IMG/VR virus record: IMGVR_UViG_3300032309_002614 | Span: 1-64,000 of that record | Reading direction: 5' to 3' (one strand) | Source: a virus | Taxonomy: Duplodnaviria > Caudoviricetes | Length of the DNA stretch: 64,000 nucleotides | Shown here: in pieces, positions 1 to 8,738 of the stretch | Layout: each line of letters starts with the position of its first letter | Numbering within the stretch: the first letter of the stretch is position 1 | Translations under genes and position numbers: made by a program | The notes under the pieces: generated by a model | Told to the model about the DNA's origin: nothing | The model's database searches: none | Seen by the model: the letters and a program-made list of their open reading frames with translations, nothing else

Positions 1-1
1 C

Positions 2-946
2 AATGGATCTTCAGGAACTTCTGGATCATCAGGGACAAGCGGATCTTCTGGTACTTCTGGATCATCAGGGACAAGCGGGTCTTCTGGTACTTCTGGTTCA
101 TCAGGAACAAGTGGGTCTTCAGGAACTTCTGGATCATCAGGGACAAGCGGATCGTCTGGTACTTCTGGCGGTGGCGGTGGAATATCTGGTACAACAAATT
201 ATATTGCAAAATTTACTTCAAGCACAACAATTGGTAATTCTTCTATTTATAATTCTAGTTCAGGAGAAGTTGGAATTGGAACCACTTCTCCAGCACAAAT
301 TTTTGATGTATCGCCATCTACTGCCACAACAAAATTAGGCAATGCCCGTGTTGGCTCTTGGCCATACGCTTCTGCTTATGCTCTTTTTGGGCATGATGCT
401 TTAAATCAATCAGCAATTGGAAATTACGCAATAATACAAAATAATGATGGAACAACATATGTAAATGCCGCTGCTAGTAGAGCTTTATATTTAAGAATAA
501 ATAATGGTGATAGAGTGTATGTAGATAATAGTTATGTTGGTATTGGAACTACTGGTCCAGCTTACGCTTTAGATGTTAATGGTCAATGTCATGCAACATG
601 TTTTCCAACATCATCTGACGTACGTTTTAAAAAGAATATAGTTCCATTAGAAAATGCATTAGAAAAAGTTTTAGCTTTAAGAGGTGTTTCATATGAATGG
701 AATGAATTTATTCATTCTGTAAGAGGTGGATATGAGTTAAACACCCCTATTATTGGAATGATTGCACAAGAAGTTGCAGAAATTATTCCTCAAATCGTTG
801 GAACATGGAAATTAAATGATGAATTAACAGATGCAAAATCTCTTGAATATCAAAGAATAATTCCTTATTTAATCGAAGCGGTCAAAGAACAGCAAAAACA
901 AATTGATCAATTAAAATCAGATGTAAAAATCTTAATGAACAAATAA
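2..946 (+). CDS. Tail fibre protein, 3' part (5' truncated by the window): collagen-like repeats, GxGIGTTxP repeats, C-terminal peptidase S74-type intramolecular chaperone
   Basis: Frame +2 is open from base 2 into the listed ORF 515..946; translates NGSSGTS...GEVGIGTTSP...YVGIGTTGP...SSDVRFKKNI...IGMIAQEV...YLIEAVKEQQKQIDQLK. Confidence 0.85.
   Translation, partial: NGSSGTSGSSGTSGSSGTSGSSGTSGSSGTSGSSGTSGSSGTSGSSGTSGSSGTSGGGGGISGTTNYIAKFTSSTTIGNSSIYNSSSGEVGIGTTSPAQIFDVSPSTATTKLGNARVGSWPYASAYALFGHDALNQSAIGNYAIIQNNDGTTYVNAAASRALYLRINNGDRVYVDNSYVGIGTTGPAYALDVNGQCHATCFPTSSDVRFKKNIVPLENALEKVLALRGVSYEWNEFIHSVRGGYELNTPIIGMIAQEVAEIIPQIVGTWKLNDELTDAKSLEYQRIIPYLIEAVKEQQKQIDQLKSDVKILMNK
5..166 (+). repeat. 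Nine tandem GSSGTS units (18 nt each), Gly-X-Y collagen-like
   Basis: Direct translation in frame +2; codon choice alternates, giving a 36-nt higher-order period. Confidence 0.95.
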
Positions 947-953
947 TATATTT

Positions 954-1640
954 GTGGCCGACATATTTAATTCTTTTGATAAAATATACTGTATAAATCT
1001 ATCAACTAGAAAAGATAGGTGGCAGAATTGCTTGCTTCAGTTTGCGAAATACAACATATCGAATAATGTAGAAAAATTTAATGGAATTATTTACAATAGT
1101 TTTTCTTTCGATAGGAAGCTAAATGCTCAGTTAGGATGTTGGTTTTCTCATTATAGTATTTTAAAACACGCTCAAACCATGCGTTACAATAAAATATTAA
1201 TATTAGAAGACGATTTCGTTTTTAATATTGAACCTGAAGATTTAAATTCAAAACTAATTTGTTGTATAAATGAATTGCCGCAAAATTGGGATTTGTTTTA
1301 TTTGGGGGCTTATTTTGTCAAAGGATATGATTACGAAGCTAAAATAGATTATTCTGAAAATTTATATAAAGTTAATACTGCTTTTTGCACTCATTCTATT
1401 TGTTACTCCAAGTCGGGAGTTGATAAAATGATAAAGTGTATGGAAAAAGCTTTTTTAAATTCATCTTCTCTGCTTTTAAATTATGACGGTCTTGGATGGT
1501 TTTATGTTAAAGAATTCTTGTATGAAAATAATTGTTATGCTAGTAAAGACTTTTTATGTGGACAAATAAAAGACTTTTCAGATATAGAAAATAGAGTGGT
1601 TGATTATAACGATTATTTTTTAAAAGGTTATGCCTCGTAA
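954..1640 (+). CDS. Glycosyltransferase family 25 (Lex2/Lic2-like)
   Basis: YCINLxxRxDRW, GCWFSHYSI, ILILEDD motifs. Confidence 0.85.
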   Translation: MADIFNSFDKIYCINLSTRKDRWQNCLLQFAKYNISNNVEKFNGIIYNSFSFDRKLNAQLGCWFSHYSILKHAQTMRYNKILILEDDFVFNIEPEDLNSKLICCINELPQNWDLFYLGAYFVKGYDYEAKIDYSENLYKVNTAFCTHSICYSKSGVDKMIKCMEKAFLNSSSLLLNYDGLGWFYVKEFLYENNCYASKDFLCGQIKDFSDIENRVVDYNDYFLKGYAS

Positions 1641-1643
1641 TAA

Positions 1644-1649
1644 GTGTAA
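1644..1649 (+). promoter_or_regulatory. GTGTAA motif (putative phage-specific promoter)
   Basis: First G is 14 nt before ATG 1658. Confidence 0.6.
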
Positions 1650-1657
1650 TATTTAAT

Positions 1658-2761
1658 ATGCCAATTACTAGAAATAGAGTTATTTATGCAGGAACAGATG
1701 TATTAGTTTCAGATTCGCCATCTTGGAGTGGACAAACTGGAGCTAAATCTTTGAAATTATTAAAGAGAGTTCAATCAACTAGCATATCTATAAGCAATCC
1801 TATAACTAGACCAAAACAAATTGGCAGTTCTGATTTTGCATTTGAAAAATATATTACTATTCCAGAGATTTCTGTTAATTTAAATTATCTTGTTTCTGAT
1901 AACTCTAATGAATTGCTTTTAGGATTGAATGCTACTGGCAACGAGTCTTTCTTAAAAAATATGGCAGTTACTGGTCAAGATAAGAATTTATTTTTTATTT
2001 TAACTGATACCAATAATCAGGATGCGGATACATTAACTAATATGGTTGGTAATGATATATTTGCTGTTGGCAATACTTTTTTAACTAATTATTCTTTATC
2101 TGCGGAGGTTGGATCAGTGCCAACTGTTTCTACTTCTTTTGCTTGTTTGAATATGACTTTTCAGACTTATAATGGAACCGGAACAAATGGAAGCGAAGTT
2201 CCAGCAATCAATTTAACAAATGGAATAAAATCAACAGAGAAATATTTATTGACTGGAGCTAATATGTCTCCATCAAATTATTTATCAAATCAAAATTCTA
2301 GACCATCTGCTATTAGACCTGGAGATATAGTTCTTCAGTTGCCGCAAACTTTCATGGGTGGAATAAGATATTCTGGAGATGTGCCAGCTAGTATATCTTC
2401 TTTGCAAATAGATGTTCCAATTGAAAGAAGAGACTTATTAGGTTTTGGAAGCAATTATCCTTACGATAAAAGAATAATGTATCCATTAATTGGTACAATA
2501 AGTTTTAATGGAACTTTTGATGAACCAGTTACAGGAGATTTTAGCAGTATTTTTACAAATGACACTGCTTATGATTTAACATTCAATTTAAAAAATTATA
2601 ATGGCGCAACTGGTTTAAGAGTTGAAATTTTAAACGCTAGAATAGAAGATCAATCTTTTGATTTATCACTTGGGGATAATATGAGTTTCCAATCTAAATT
2701 TTCTTTTAAGATTTTCGAAACAGATGGAATGAGAATAAGTGGTGCGGCAAGATTAACTTAA
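1658..2761 (+). CDS. Probable virion structural protein (tail-tube-like)
   Basis: S/T/G/N-rich beta-strand composition, RVQSxSISISNP and VPIERRDLLGFG segments reminiscent of tail tube proteins, next to tail fibre; family not confirmed. Confidence 0.45.
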   Translation: MPITRNRVIYAGTDVLVSDSPSWSGQTGAKSLKLLKRVQSTSISISNPITRPKQIGSSDFAFEKYITIPEISVNLNYLVSDNSNELLLGLNATGNESFLKNMAVTGQDKNLFFILTDTNNQDADTLTNMVGNDIFAVGNTFLTNYSLSAEVGSVPTVSTSFACLNMTFQTYNGTGTNGSEVPAINLTNGIKSTEKYLLTGANMSPSNYLSNQNSRPSAIRPGDIVLQLPQTFMGGIRYSGDVPASISSLQIDVPIERRDLLGFGSNYPYDKRIMYPLIGTISFNGTFDEPVTGDFSSIFTNDTAYDLTFNLKNYNGATGLRVEILNARIEDQSFDLSLGDNMSFQSKFSFKIFETDGMRISGAARLT

Positions 2762-3150
2762 AACTCAATTCTTGCATTCTTTGTTTCAATCTTCTTTGGA
2801 ACATCTTTGACATGTTTTTTACCATTCGTTTTCTTTTTGTAATCGTCAAAATATTTTCGCTTCAAAGGATCTTCGCCACCAGCCAACGCTGCTCTTCGAT
2901 CAGATAGTTCAGAAGAGTAATCCAAAAGATCACCGTATCTGCCTTTCATATTTCCAGTCTTGTTTACAAACGCCTTATTATCAAATGGATCAACGACTTT
3001 AGCATCTCCTAGATTTACTTGAGGCACATCATAAATTCTTTCCCAAAAATCATCGTTGCCGCTTTCGCCGCGATATGGCTTATAATCTTTCATAGACATA
3101 ACTATATCTACAATCTTACCAGTCTTTTTATTCTTGAATTGATAAACCAT
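2758..3150 (-). CDS. Hypothetical protein (N-terminus like an FmdB-type ribbon without cysteines)
   Basis: ORF track; MVYQFKNKKTGKIVDIVMSM pattern. Confidence 0.55.
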   Translation of the reverse strand: MVYQFKNKKTGKIVDIVMSMKDYKPYRGESGNDDFWERIYDVPQVNLGDAKVVDPFDNKAFVNKTGNMKGRYGDLLDYSSELSDRRAALAGGEDPLKRKYFDDYKKKTNGKKHVKDVPKKIETKNARIEF

Positions 3151-3170
3151 ATCTATTATATGATATGTAG

Positions 3171-3202
3171 AAAAAATTAAAGCGCGACTTTCATCGCGCT
3201 TT
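3171..3202 (-). terminator. Intrinsic terminator after Hsp20
   Basis: AAAGCGCGA-ctttca-TCGCGCTTT hairpin followed by a T-run on the minus strand. Confidence 0.7.
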
Positions 3203-3207
3203 GTTCG

Positions 3208-3486
3208 TTATTCTATTTCTATTTGTTTTTCTACTTTTTTGATTTGCGGCACTGTAATGGTTAACAGGCCATTTTTCATCTTAGCTCTCACATTATCAAA
3301 ATCATATTTTGATTTTAGAATATAATCTTCATAGCTGATTCTATATTTGCTGTCATTAACGTTGATGGCTATAGAATAATCTTCCTTAAAGATTTTTACA
3401 TCTTCTTTAGATTTTCCAGCGAGTTCGACCTTGAATGTTAAACCGTCTTCTGTTACTTGATATTTATATACTAATTTATTGTACAT
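3208..3486 (-). CDS. Small heat-shock protein (Hsp20/alpha-crystallin domain)
   Basis: KVELAGKSKEDVKI...VRAKMKNGLLTITVP...IEIE motif. Confidence 0.85.
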   Translation of the reverse strand: MYNKLVYKYQVTEDGLTFKVELAGKSKEDVKIFKEDYSIAINVNDSKYRISYEDYILKSKYDFDNVRAKMKNGLLTITVPQIKKVEKQIEIE

Positions 3487-3500
3487 AGTAATTAAGCTAT

Positions 3501-3517
3501 AGCAAGAATCGTGCCAA
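3501..3517 (-). promoter_or_regulatory. Sigma54 (RpoN) -24/-12 promoter of Hsp20
   Basis: Minus strand reads TTGGCACG-ATTC-TTGCT, matching YTGGCACG-N4-TTGCW; ATG lies 15 nt downstream. Confidence 0.75.
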
Positions 3518-3579
3518 CTTTTTATAGTGTTTTAAAGCGTCTTTTAAGGCGTTTTAGAGAATATATGACACATAATACG

Positions 3580-4668
3580 TCACATCTGGCTACTTATGGC
3601 ACACAGTATTGTCTCAACTGTTTTTTCATAAGTAAATTGTTTTTGAAGTTTTAATCCTTCTGGATTTGGTTTCTTAGCATAAGAAACGGACTTCAGAATA
3701 GCGTTTTCCATTTCTTGATCAGTAATATCAAAGAATTGCCCTTGATTAAAAGACTGTCCTTTCTTAAAAAAGACATCATCATAACAATCCTTTAGAGAAG
3801 AAGGTTCTATTAGGATGCTGTTATCCTTGGTCGCCCAGTCTTTATGCGCTGTTGCGTTTATAACGACACTCCATTTGCCAAGCGCAGTGGCATTGAATGA
3901 TGGAAGATTCCATCCTTCCGCTCCACTCAATCCGCCAAGATCGATATCTATACTGTTTAGATAGTCATTGACTTCACTGTTTGTTTGCATGTATGGAACG
4001 AAGTTTAAATTGTTGTAATGTTTTCCTTCTAACAATTTCAACATTTCATTTTGAAACTTAGCTTTATCTAAAAACGGATTGGTGATAGCGCAGCTTAATT
4101 GGTATTTAGAATTGTTGCCAAAAAGTTTTAGCCATGTTTTAATTATACGAGCGGTGTTTTTTCTACTTTCAAACTTGCCAAGAATTCCAAAATGAATTTT
4201 ATCTTGTAGATAAGTTTTATTAGTTATCTGAAAGTCGTTGTCAAAACCTAATGGCACATGAGTTACATTGTCTAACCCGTTAAGATTAAAAATGTTTTTG
4301 GTGTAATTAGAGCTTACAAATATTCTATCTTGCAAACTTAAAAGGTTCTTTTCAATCGCTGTCACTTCGGAAACTTCATGAAAAGTGAATAAAGATTGAT
4401 TCTTTGAATATCTAGTTTCACTGCCAAAAAGATGCCACAATTTTAAAGAAGGAATATCTTTTGAAATTTTACTGTACCTATTGTTTGTGGCTGCTTGTAA
4501 ATATTTTACAAAATCAGGTTCAATCTTATCATAAGCGTCCATTTCGGCCTTTTCGCCGATAGGAAAAAATATTAAATCGATATTTTTCTTAAACAATTCT
4601 CTAAGAATGTTTACAGATACATTACCAAAAGATAATGCGTTAATTGGAGCGTTGACTAATAATCTCAT
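3580..4668 (-). CDS. Glycosyltransferase family 4 (GT-B)
   Basis: FGILGKFESRKN and SGAEGWNLPSFNATALGK (EGFGLPxxEA-like) motifs. Confidence 0.8.
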   Translation of the reverse strand: MRLLVNAPINALSFGNVSVNILRELFKKNIDLIFFPIGEKAEMDAYDKIEPDFVKYLQAATNNRYSKISKDIPSLKLWHLFGSETRYSKNQSLFTFHEVSEVTAIEKNLLSLQDRIFVSSNYTKNIFNLNGLDNVTHVPLGFDNDFQITNKTYLQDKIHFGILGKFESRKNTARIIKTWLKLFGNNSKYQLSCAITNPFLDKAKFQNEMLKLLEGKHYNNLNFVPYMQTNSEVNDYLNSIDIDLGGLSGAEGWNLPSFNATALGKWSVVINATAHKDWATKDNSILIEPSSLKDCYDDVFFKKGQSFNQGQFFDITDQEMENAILKSVSYAKKPNPEGLKLQKQFTYEKTVETILCAISSQM

Positions 4669-5245
4669 ATTTTGATCTTATATTTTTAGAGATAGAATTT
4701 AAAGCTGCGTTATGAATATTTATACATCCTTGAATACTAAGGTTCATTGACTTGCTAATTTTGCGCCAAGGGGTTAATTTCTTGTTTCCTGAATAGCGCA
4801 TTGAGAAGATTTTTTGAATGCGCTTGTCTGGGTGCTTGCTTATTTCTTCGTTGAATTCTTTTAGAATTTGATCTTGAAAGTTCACTACGGTATGTTCGTA
4901 ATTATCTTTTATGCATTCAAAATCATAAGTATTATCATTTAATTCGACATATTTTTTATTCTTATTAGAAGCATTTAAACACATCCATTTCGCTTCATTT
5001 CCTAAAAACGTAGAAAACTTTGTACCCCGATTCTCGTCGTATTTGAGAACTGAATTATATATAGCGTACTCTTTATCATTTATAATCTCATCTCTTAAAG
5101 AGTCGTTATTGCAGTTTCTAAGAAAAGAATTTACTATATCCAAGTAAATTCCTGAGTGCCTGTCGATAAGTTCTTGTAGACATTCGTCTACTTTCTTTTT
5201 TCTTTTGATATTTTTTATTAAATCTAAATCACTTAAAATCTCCAT
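4640..5245 (-). CDS. Phage-encoded sigma70-family sigma factor
   Basis: Region 2 (SVLKYDENRGTKFSTFL) and region 4 HTH (WRKISKSMNLSIQGCINIHNAAL). Confidence 0.8.
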   Translation of the reverse strand: MEILSDLDLIKNIKRKKKVDECLQELIDRHSGIYLDIVNSFLRNCNNDSLRDEIINDKEYAIYNSVLKYDENRGTKFSTFLGNEAKWMCLNASNKNKKYVELNDNTYDFECIKDNYEHTVVNFQDQILKEFNEEISKHPDKRIQKIFSMRYSGNKKLTPWRKISKSMNLSIQGCINIHNAALNSISKNIRSKYEIISQRSN

Positions 5246-5858
5246 ATGTTGACCATCCTTTTTCGTAGAATAACTTGCTCAAGTGATAATTGCAAGTTTC
5301 TTTTTCATCAGTAAACGTTTTCCATCTAATTATATGATCAGAGTTACGTTTTACAATAGGATCATTTAATCTTTCTTGAAAATTAGAAGGTTTTTGCCCC
5401 ATTCTACTTAGGTGTATCATAAAGCCGCCGTTATCTTTAATCCATTTAACTTCATTTTCATAACGTACATCAGTTATGACAACGATGATTTTATTATTAA
5501 TTGAGGACTTAACTTGTTTTTCTATCTTTTTAATCCAATAGTCAGGATCGATTTTTCTGCAAGTGTCTGTTCCCCAACATACAAGCATTGGACGAATAAG
5601 TTCTTTTTCAGAATTAATATCTGTAAAAGCTGAGATATTCAATTTCTCTTTTAAGAACGGATCAAGATCTTTTTTTAATTCGGTAGCGAATGATATATTC
5701 AATGCTGGAAAACCAGACTTATTTAACTTGTTAATAAGATGTTTTCCAAGAGTGTCTTTTCCACATCTTGCGACTCCACCTATTCCAAATATTAATGGCA
5801 GTTCTTTAAATATCACTTTTTTTCTTCTTCGTATTAAAAATTTATGTGTCTTGTTCAT
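5229..5858 (-). CDS. Deoxynucleoside monophosphate kinase
   Basis: P-loop GVARCGKDT, ISFATELK, RPMLVCWGTD, VITDVRYENE. Confidence 0.8.
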   Translation of the reverse strand: MNKTHKFLIRRRKKVIFKELPLIFGIGGVARCGKDTLGKHLINKLNKSGFPALNISFATELKKDLDPFLKEKLNISAFTDINSEKELIRPMLVCWGTDTCRKIDPDYWIKKIEKQVKSSINNKIIVVITDVRYENEVKWIKDNGGFMIHLSRMGQKPSNFQERLNDPIVKRNSDHIIRWKTFTDEKETCNYHLSKLFYEKGWSTYGDFK

Positions 5859-5990
5859 TCTCTTAGGTTTCGCTCTCTTAGGTATACCTTACCGATTTGT
5901 TAAGGTTAACCTTATTTTTTATTAAGATTTAGACTTAGATATTGCGTATGATTTTCGTAAGATGAATTAAACTCTTTCGCTTCGCTCCAG

Positions 5991-6019
5991 AGTTTAATGA
6001 GGATTTTATCCTTTGTCAA
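5991..6019 (-). promoter_or_regulatory. Sigma70-like promoter for dNMP kinase/sigma/GT4 operon
   Basis: Minus strand TTGACA-17nt-TAAACT. Confidence 0.6.
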
Positions 6020-6299
6020 GGAAAAAATCGCTCAGAGATTCCAAATCTTTTGCCAATTTAAAATGACCAAGATCGTTTAAAATACTTGATGTATAAAAAA
6101 CAAATGTTTCATTTTCTTTTTTATTTATAAAATTAACACTGGTTATAAAAGAAAGATTGGTCTCTTGACCTTTTTTATTAAGAATATTTTTCAATCCAAT
6201 ACATGAAGCTTCTTCAGGTGAATTTGCCATAACCATACATTCTAAGTCTGCACATGTTACTAAATAAAAATAATCTTGACTTTCTAAACACCTAATCAT
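6006..6299 (-). CDS. Hypothetical protein
   Basis: ORF track; divergent from glycan island. Confidence 0.55.
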   Translation of the reverse strand: MIRCLESQDYFYLVTCADLECMVMANSPEEASCIGLKNILNKKGQETNLSFITSVNFINKKENETFVFYTSSILNDLGHFKLAKDLESLSDFFLDKG

Positions 6300-6319
6300 A
6301 AGATTAGTATATTCTTAAT

Positions 6320-7183
6320 ATGATAGATGTCAATAACAAAATATTATGGTTAGCAGATTATGATTTAGACGTTGCTCCAGGTGGCGCACAAAGAAGTGAC
6401 AAGATCATAATAGATCAAGGAAAGCTGTTTGGTTTTAATATTTTAAAGGTAAATCATGAAACTTTTGGAAAACATATCAATATTCATGATTACGATGTGT
6501 TAGTTACATCAAACGTTTGCGCTATTACACAAAAATATCCTTGGATTTTAGATGAGATAACTAAGCATAAATATCATGTTCGAATTGAACACGATTCAAA
6601 TGATTATTTAAGTCAAGAAAATAGACTAAAGTTATTTTCATTCTGTAAAAAAACATTTTTCTTAACTGATTACCATTTTTGGTTCTTTAAGCAACTATAT
6701 GGAGATATTTTTAAGAATGTAGAAATCATTCCTGATCCAATTGAAACAGATAAATTTTACGATTATGGTCAGCAACGTGAAGATAAGATTTTGTATGTTG
6801 GATATATGCATCCATTGAAAGGGACAAGCAACTTCTTTGAATTAGCCTTAAGAAATCCAGAAAAGAAATACGTTGTTGCTGGATGGAGCGATTATCAGAC
6901 TTATAATTTTCTAAGCAGTAATGTTCCAAATATTGAATGTCTTGGGCTTATTAAATACGAACAAATGCCTCAAGTTTATAATAAATACAAGACTCTTTAT
7001 TACGAACCAAATTTAAGAGAGCCTTTTTGCAGATCAGTGGCCGAAGCAATTACTTGTGGAATGGCGATTATGACTAGCAGCCAATCTAAAATTGGATGTC
7101 TTCATGATGTAGAAAAATATGGAATAGAAAAGTTTAAAGATAATTGCAAAAACGCTTCAGTTTATTTTTGGAGTAAAATATGA
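6320..7183 (+). CDS. Glycosyltransferase family 4/1 (GT-B)
   Basis: APGGAQRS, YVGYMHPLKG, EPFCRSVAEAITCG. Confidence 0.8.
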   Translation: MIDVNNKILWLADYDLDVAPGGAQRSDKIIIDQGKLFGFNILKVNHETFGKHINIHDYDVLVTSNVCAITQKYPWILDEITKHKYHVRIEHDSNDYLSQENRLKLFSFCKKTFFLTDYHFWFFKQLYGDIFKNVEIIPDPIETDKFYDYGQQREDKILYVGYMHPLKGTSNFFELALRNPEKKYVVAGWSDYQTYNFLSSNVPNIECLGLIKYEQMPQVYNKYKTLYYEPNLREPFCRSVAEAITCGMAIMTSSQSKIGCLHDVEKYGIEKFKDNCKNASVYFWSKI

Positions 7184-7869
7184 ATAGAATCTCTATAATT
7201 TGTTCAAATTATAATTCAGACAAATGGGTTGATGAATATCTTCAATACGTTAATAATCAAGATTTTAAAGAATTTGATATTATATTTGTTGATGCCAATT
7301 CTACTGATCAGTCTTTAGAAAAAATTAAAAATTATAAATTTGATTCGAAAATAAATAAAAAAATAATAGAATGCAACAGTAGAATAGGACTGTATTCTGC
7401 TTGGAATATAGGGATAAGAGCTTCCACCACAGAATATATAATGAATTATAATACTGATGATATGTTATATAATAATGCTATTTCAATATATAATAATCAT
7501 CTTGTAAACAATCCAGAAATAGATTTATTTTATGGTCCTTGCGTATCGACTTTAAATAGAAATATTAATGATATTAATTTAATTTATGATTGGCCTGAAT
7601 ATTCTCATGAAACTATGTTGCAATTTTGTTTTTGTGGTCCATTTCCATTAGTTAAAAAAGAAGTTTTTAACAAGATAGGTTATTTTGATGAACGCTTCGT
7701 CTCTTCTGGCGACTATGAAATGTGGTTGCGAATGTCTAAATTTAATTGTAAATTCAAGAGAATTCCAGAAACTATCGGAGTATTTCATTTTAGACAAGAT
7801 TCTATAAACCAAAGCAATAAACAAAAAGCAATAGAAGAAGATATTTTAATTCAACAATTTTATAAATAA
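7180..7869 (+). CDS. Glycosyltransferase family 2
   Basis: ISIICSNYN, IIFVDANSTD, YNTDD, GDYEMWLR. Confidence 0.85.
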   Translation: MNRISIICSNYNSDKWVDEYLQYVNNQDFKEFDIIFVDANSTDQSLEKIKNYKFDSKINKKIIECNSRIGLYSAWNIGIRASTTEYIMNYNTDDMLYNNAISIYNNHLVNNPEIDLFYGPCVSTLNRNINDINLIYDWPEYSHETMLQFCFCGPFPLVKKEVFNKIGYFDERFVSSGDYEMWLRMSKFNCKFKRIPETIGVFHFRQDSINQSNKQKAIEEDILIQQFYK

Positions 7870-7870
7870 T

Positions 7871-8725
7871 ATGATAGTTCAAATAACAATGGCGAGAGAT
7901 GAATTGGTTTTTATAAAAGAGCTTTTACCAATTTGGCAGAAATTTTCAGATGGATTTGTTTTCTGTCTTGATTCTACAACTGATGGAACTAAAGAATATT
8001 TAGAGAGTGTAAAAGAAAAATTCAATATATTAGAAATTATTGAAAACCAACAGACAGACAATGACATGATGGTCGAAACAGACATTCGACAAAAACTCTT
8101 TGATACTGCAATGAAGTATTCTAATAAAATTATTTGCCTCGATGCTGATGAATATTTAGACGGAACAATCAACAAAAAACAACTAGAAAATATTTTAGAT
8201 TCCGAAAAAGAAGTTGTTTATCATTTACAATGGATTCAATATACTAGCAAAAACACTATTCGTACTGATGGGCCTTGGAAGATTAATTTTAAAGATCGTA
8301 TTGGATCTTATGATGGTCCAGCTAAGTTTAATTGGGCGCAAATGCACTCGTCTCATTTGCCTCTATTAAATAATCAAAAAACTATTGATTCTCAATATCT
8401 TTTCATAGCTCATCTTCAATGGTTAAGCAAGATTCATGTCGCTGTAAAACAATACTATTGGAAAACTGTAGACCATGTTAATAATACAAAATACAATATT
8501 TATGTTGCTGGAACAGCAGCTTATGATGCATCGGTAAATGACTTTAATTGGGAATATTCAAATTTCCCTTATGAACTAAAAATAAATGAAAAAATCTTTG
8601 ATAAAATTGATATTTTACAAAATTATAAATATAAAGAAATTAAACGGTTGCACAATCTACATCAAATTCCAGATTTGAACGACTGGGGATACAATATATT
8701 AAATCTAGATAAAAATCTTAAATAA
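7871..8725 (+). CDS. Glycosyltransferase family 2-like (GT-A)
   Basis: TMARDE, LDSTTDGT, ICLDADE motifs. Confidence 0.75.
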   Translation: MIVQITMARDELVFIKELLPIWQKFSDGFVFCLDSTTDGTKEYLESVKEKFNILEIIENQQTDNDMMVETDIRQKLFDTAMKYSNKIICLDADEYLDGTINKKQLENILDSEKEVVYHLQWIQYTSKNTIRTDGPWKINFKDRIGSYDGPAKFNWAQMHSSHLPLLNNQKTIDSQYLFIAHLQWLSKIHVAVKQYYWKTVDHVNNTKYNIYVAGTAAYDASVNDFNWEYSNFPYELKINEKIFDKIDILQNYKYKEIKRLHNLHQIPDLNDWGYNILNLDKNLK

Positions 8726-8738
8726 TTAATTTTAACCA

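Noticed and set aside
5-166. Tandem repeat as a CRISPR or guide-RNA array
   Set aside because: No unique spacers; variation is at third codon positions, so it is a coding repeat.
3-338. Track ORF MDLQELLDHQGQ...
   Set aside because: Shadow frame of the GSSGTS repeat; the real reading is frame +2, continuous with the tail-fibre C-terminus.
3533-3554. Imperfect palindrome upstream of the sigma54 site as an enhancer
   Set aside because: Too close to the -24 element and too degenerate to support without a known activator.
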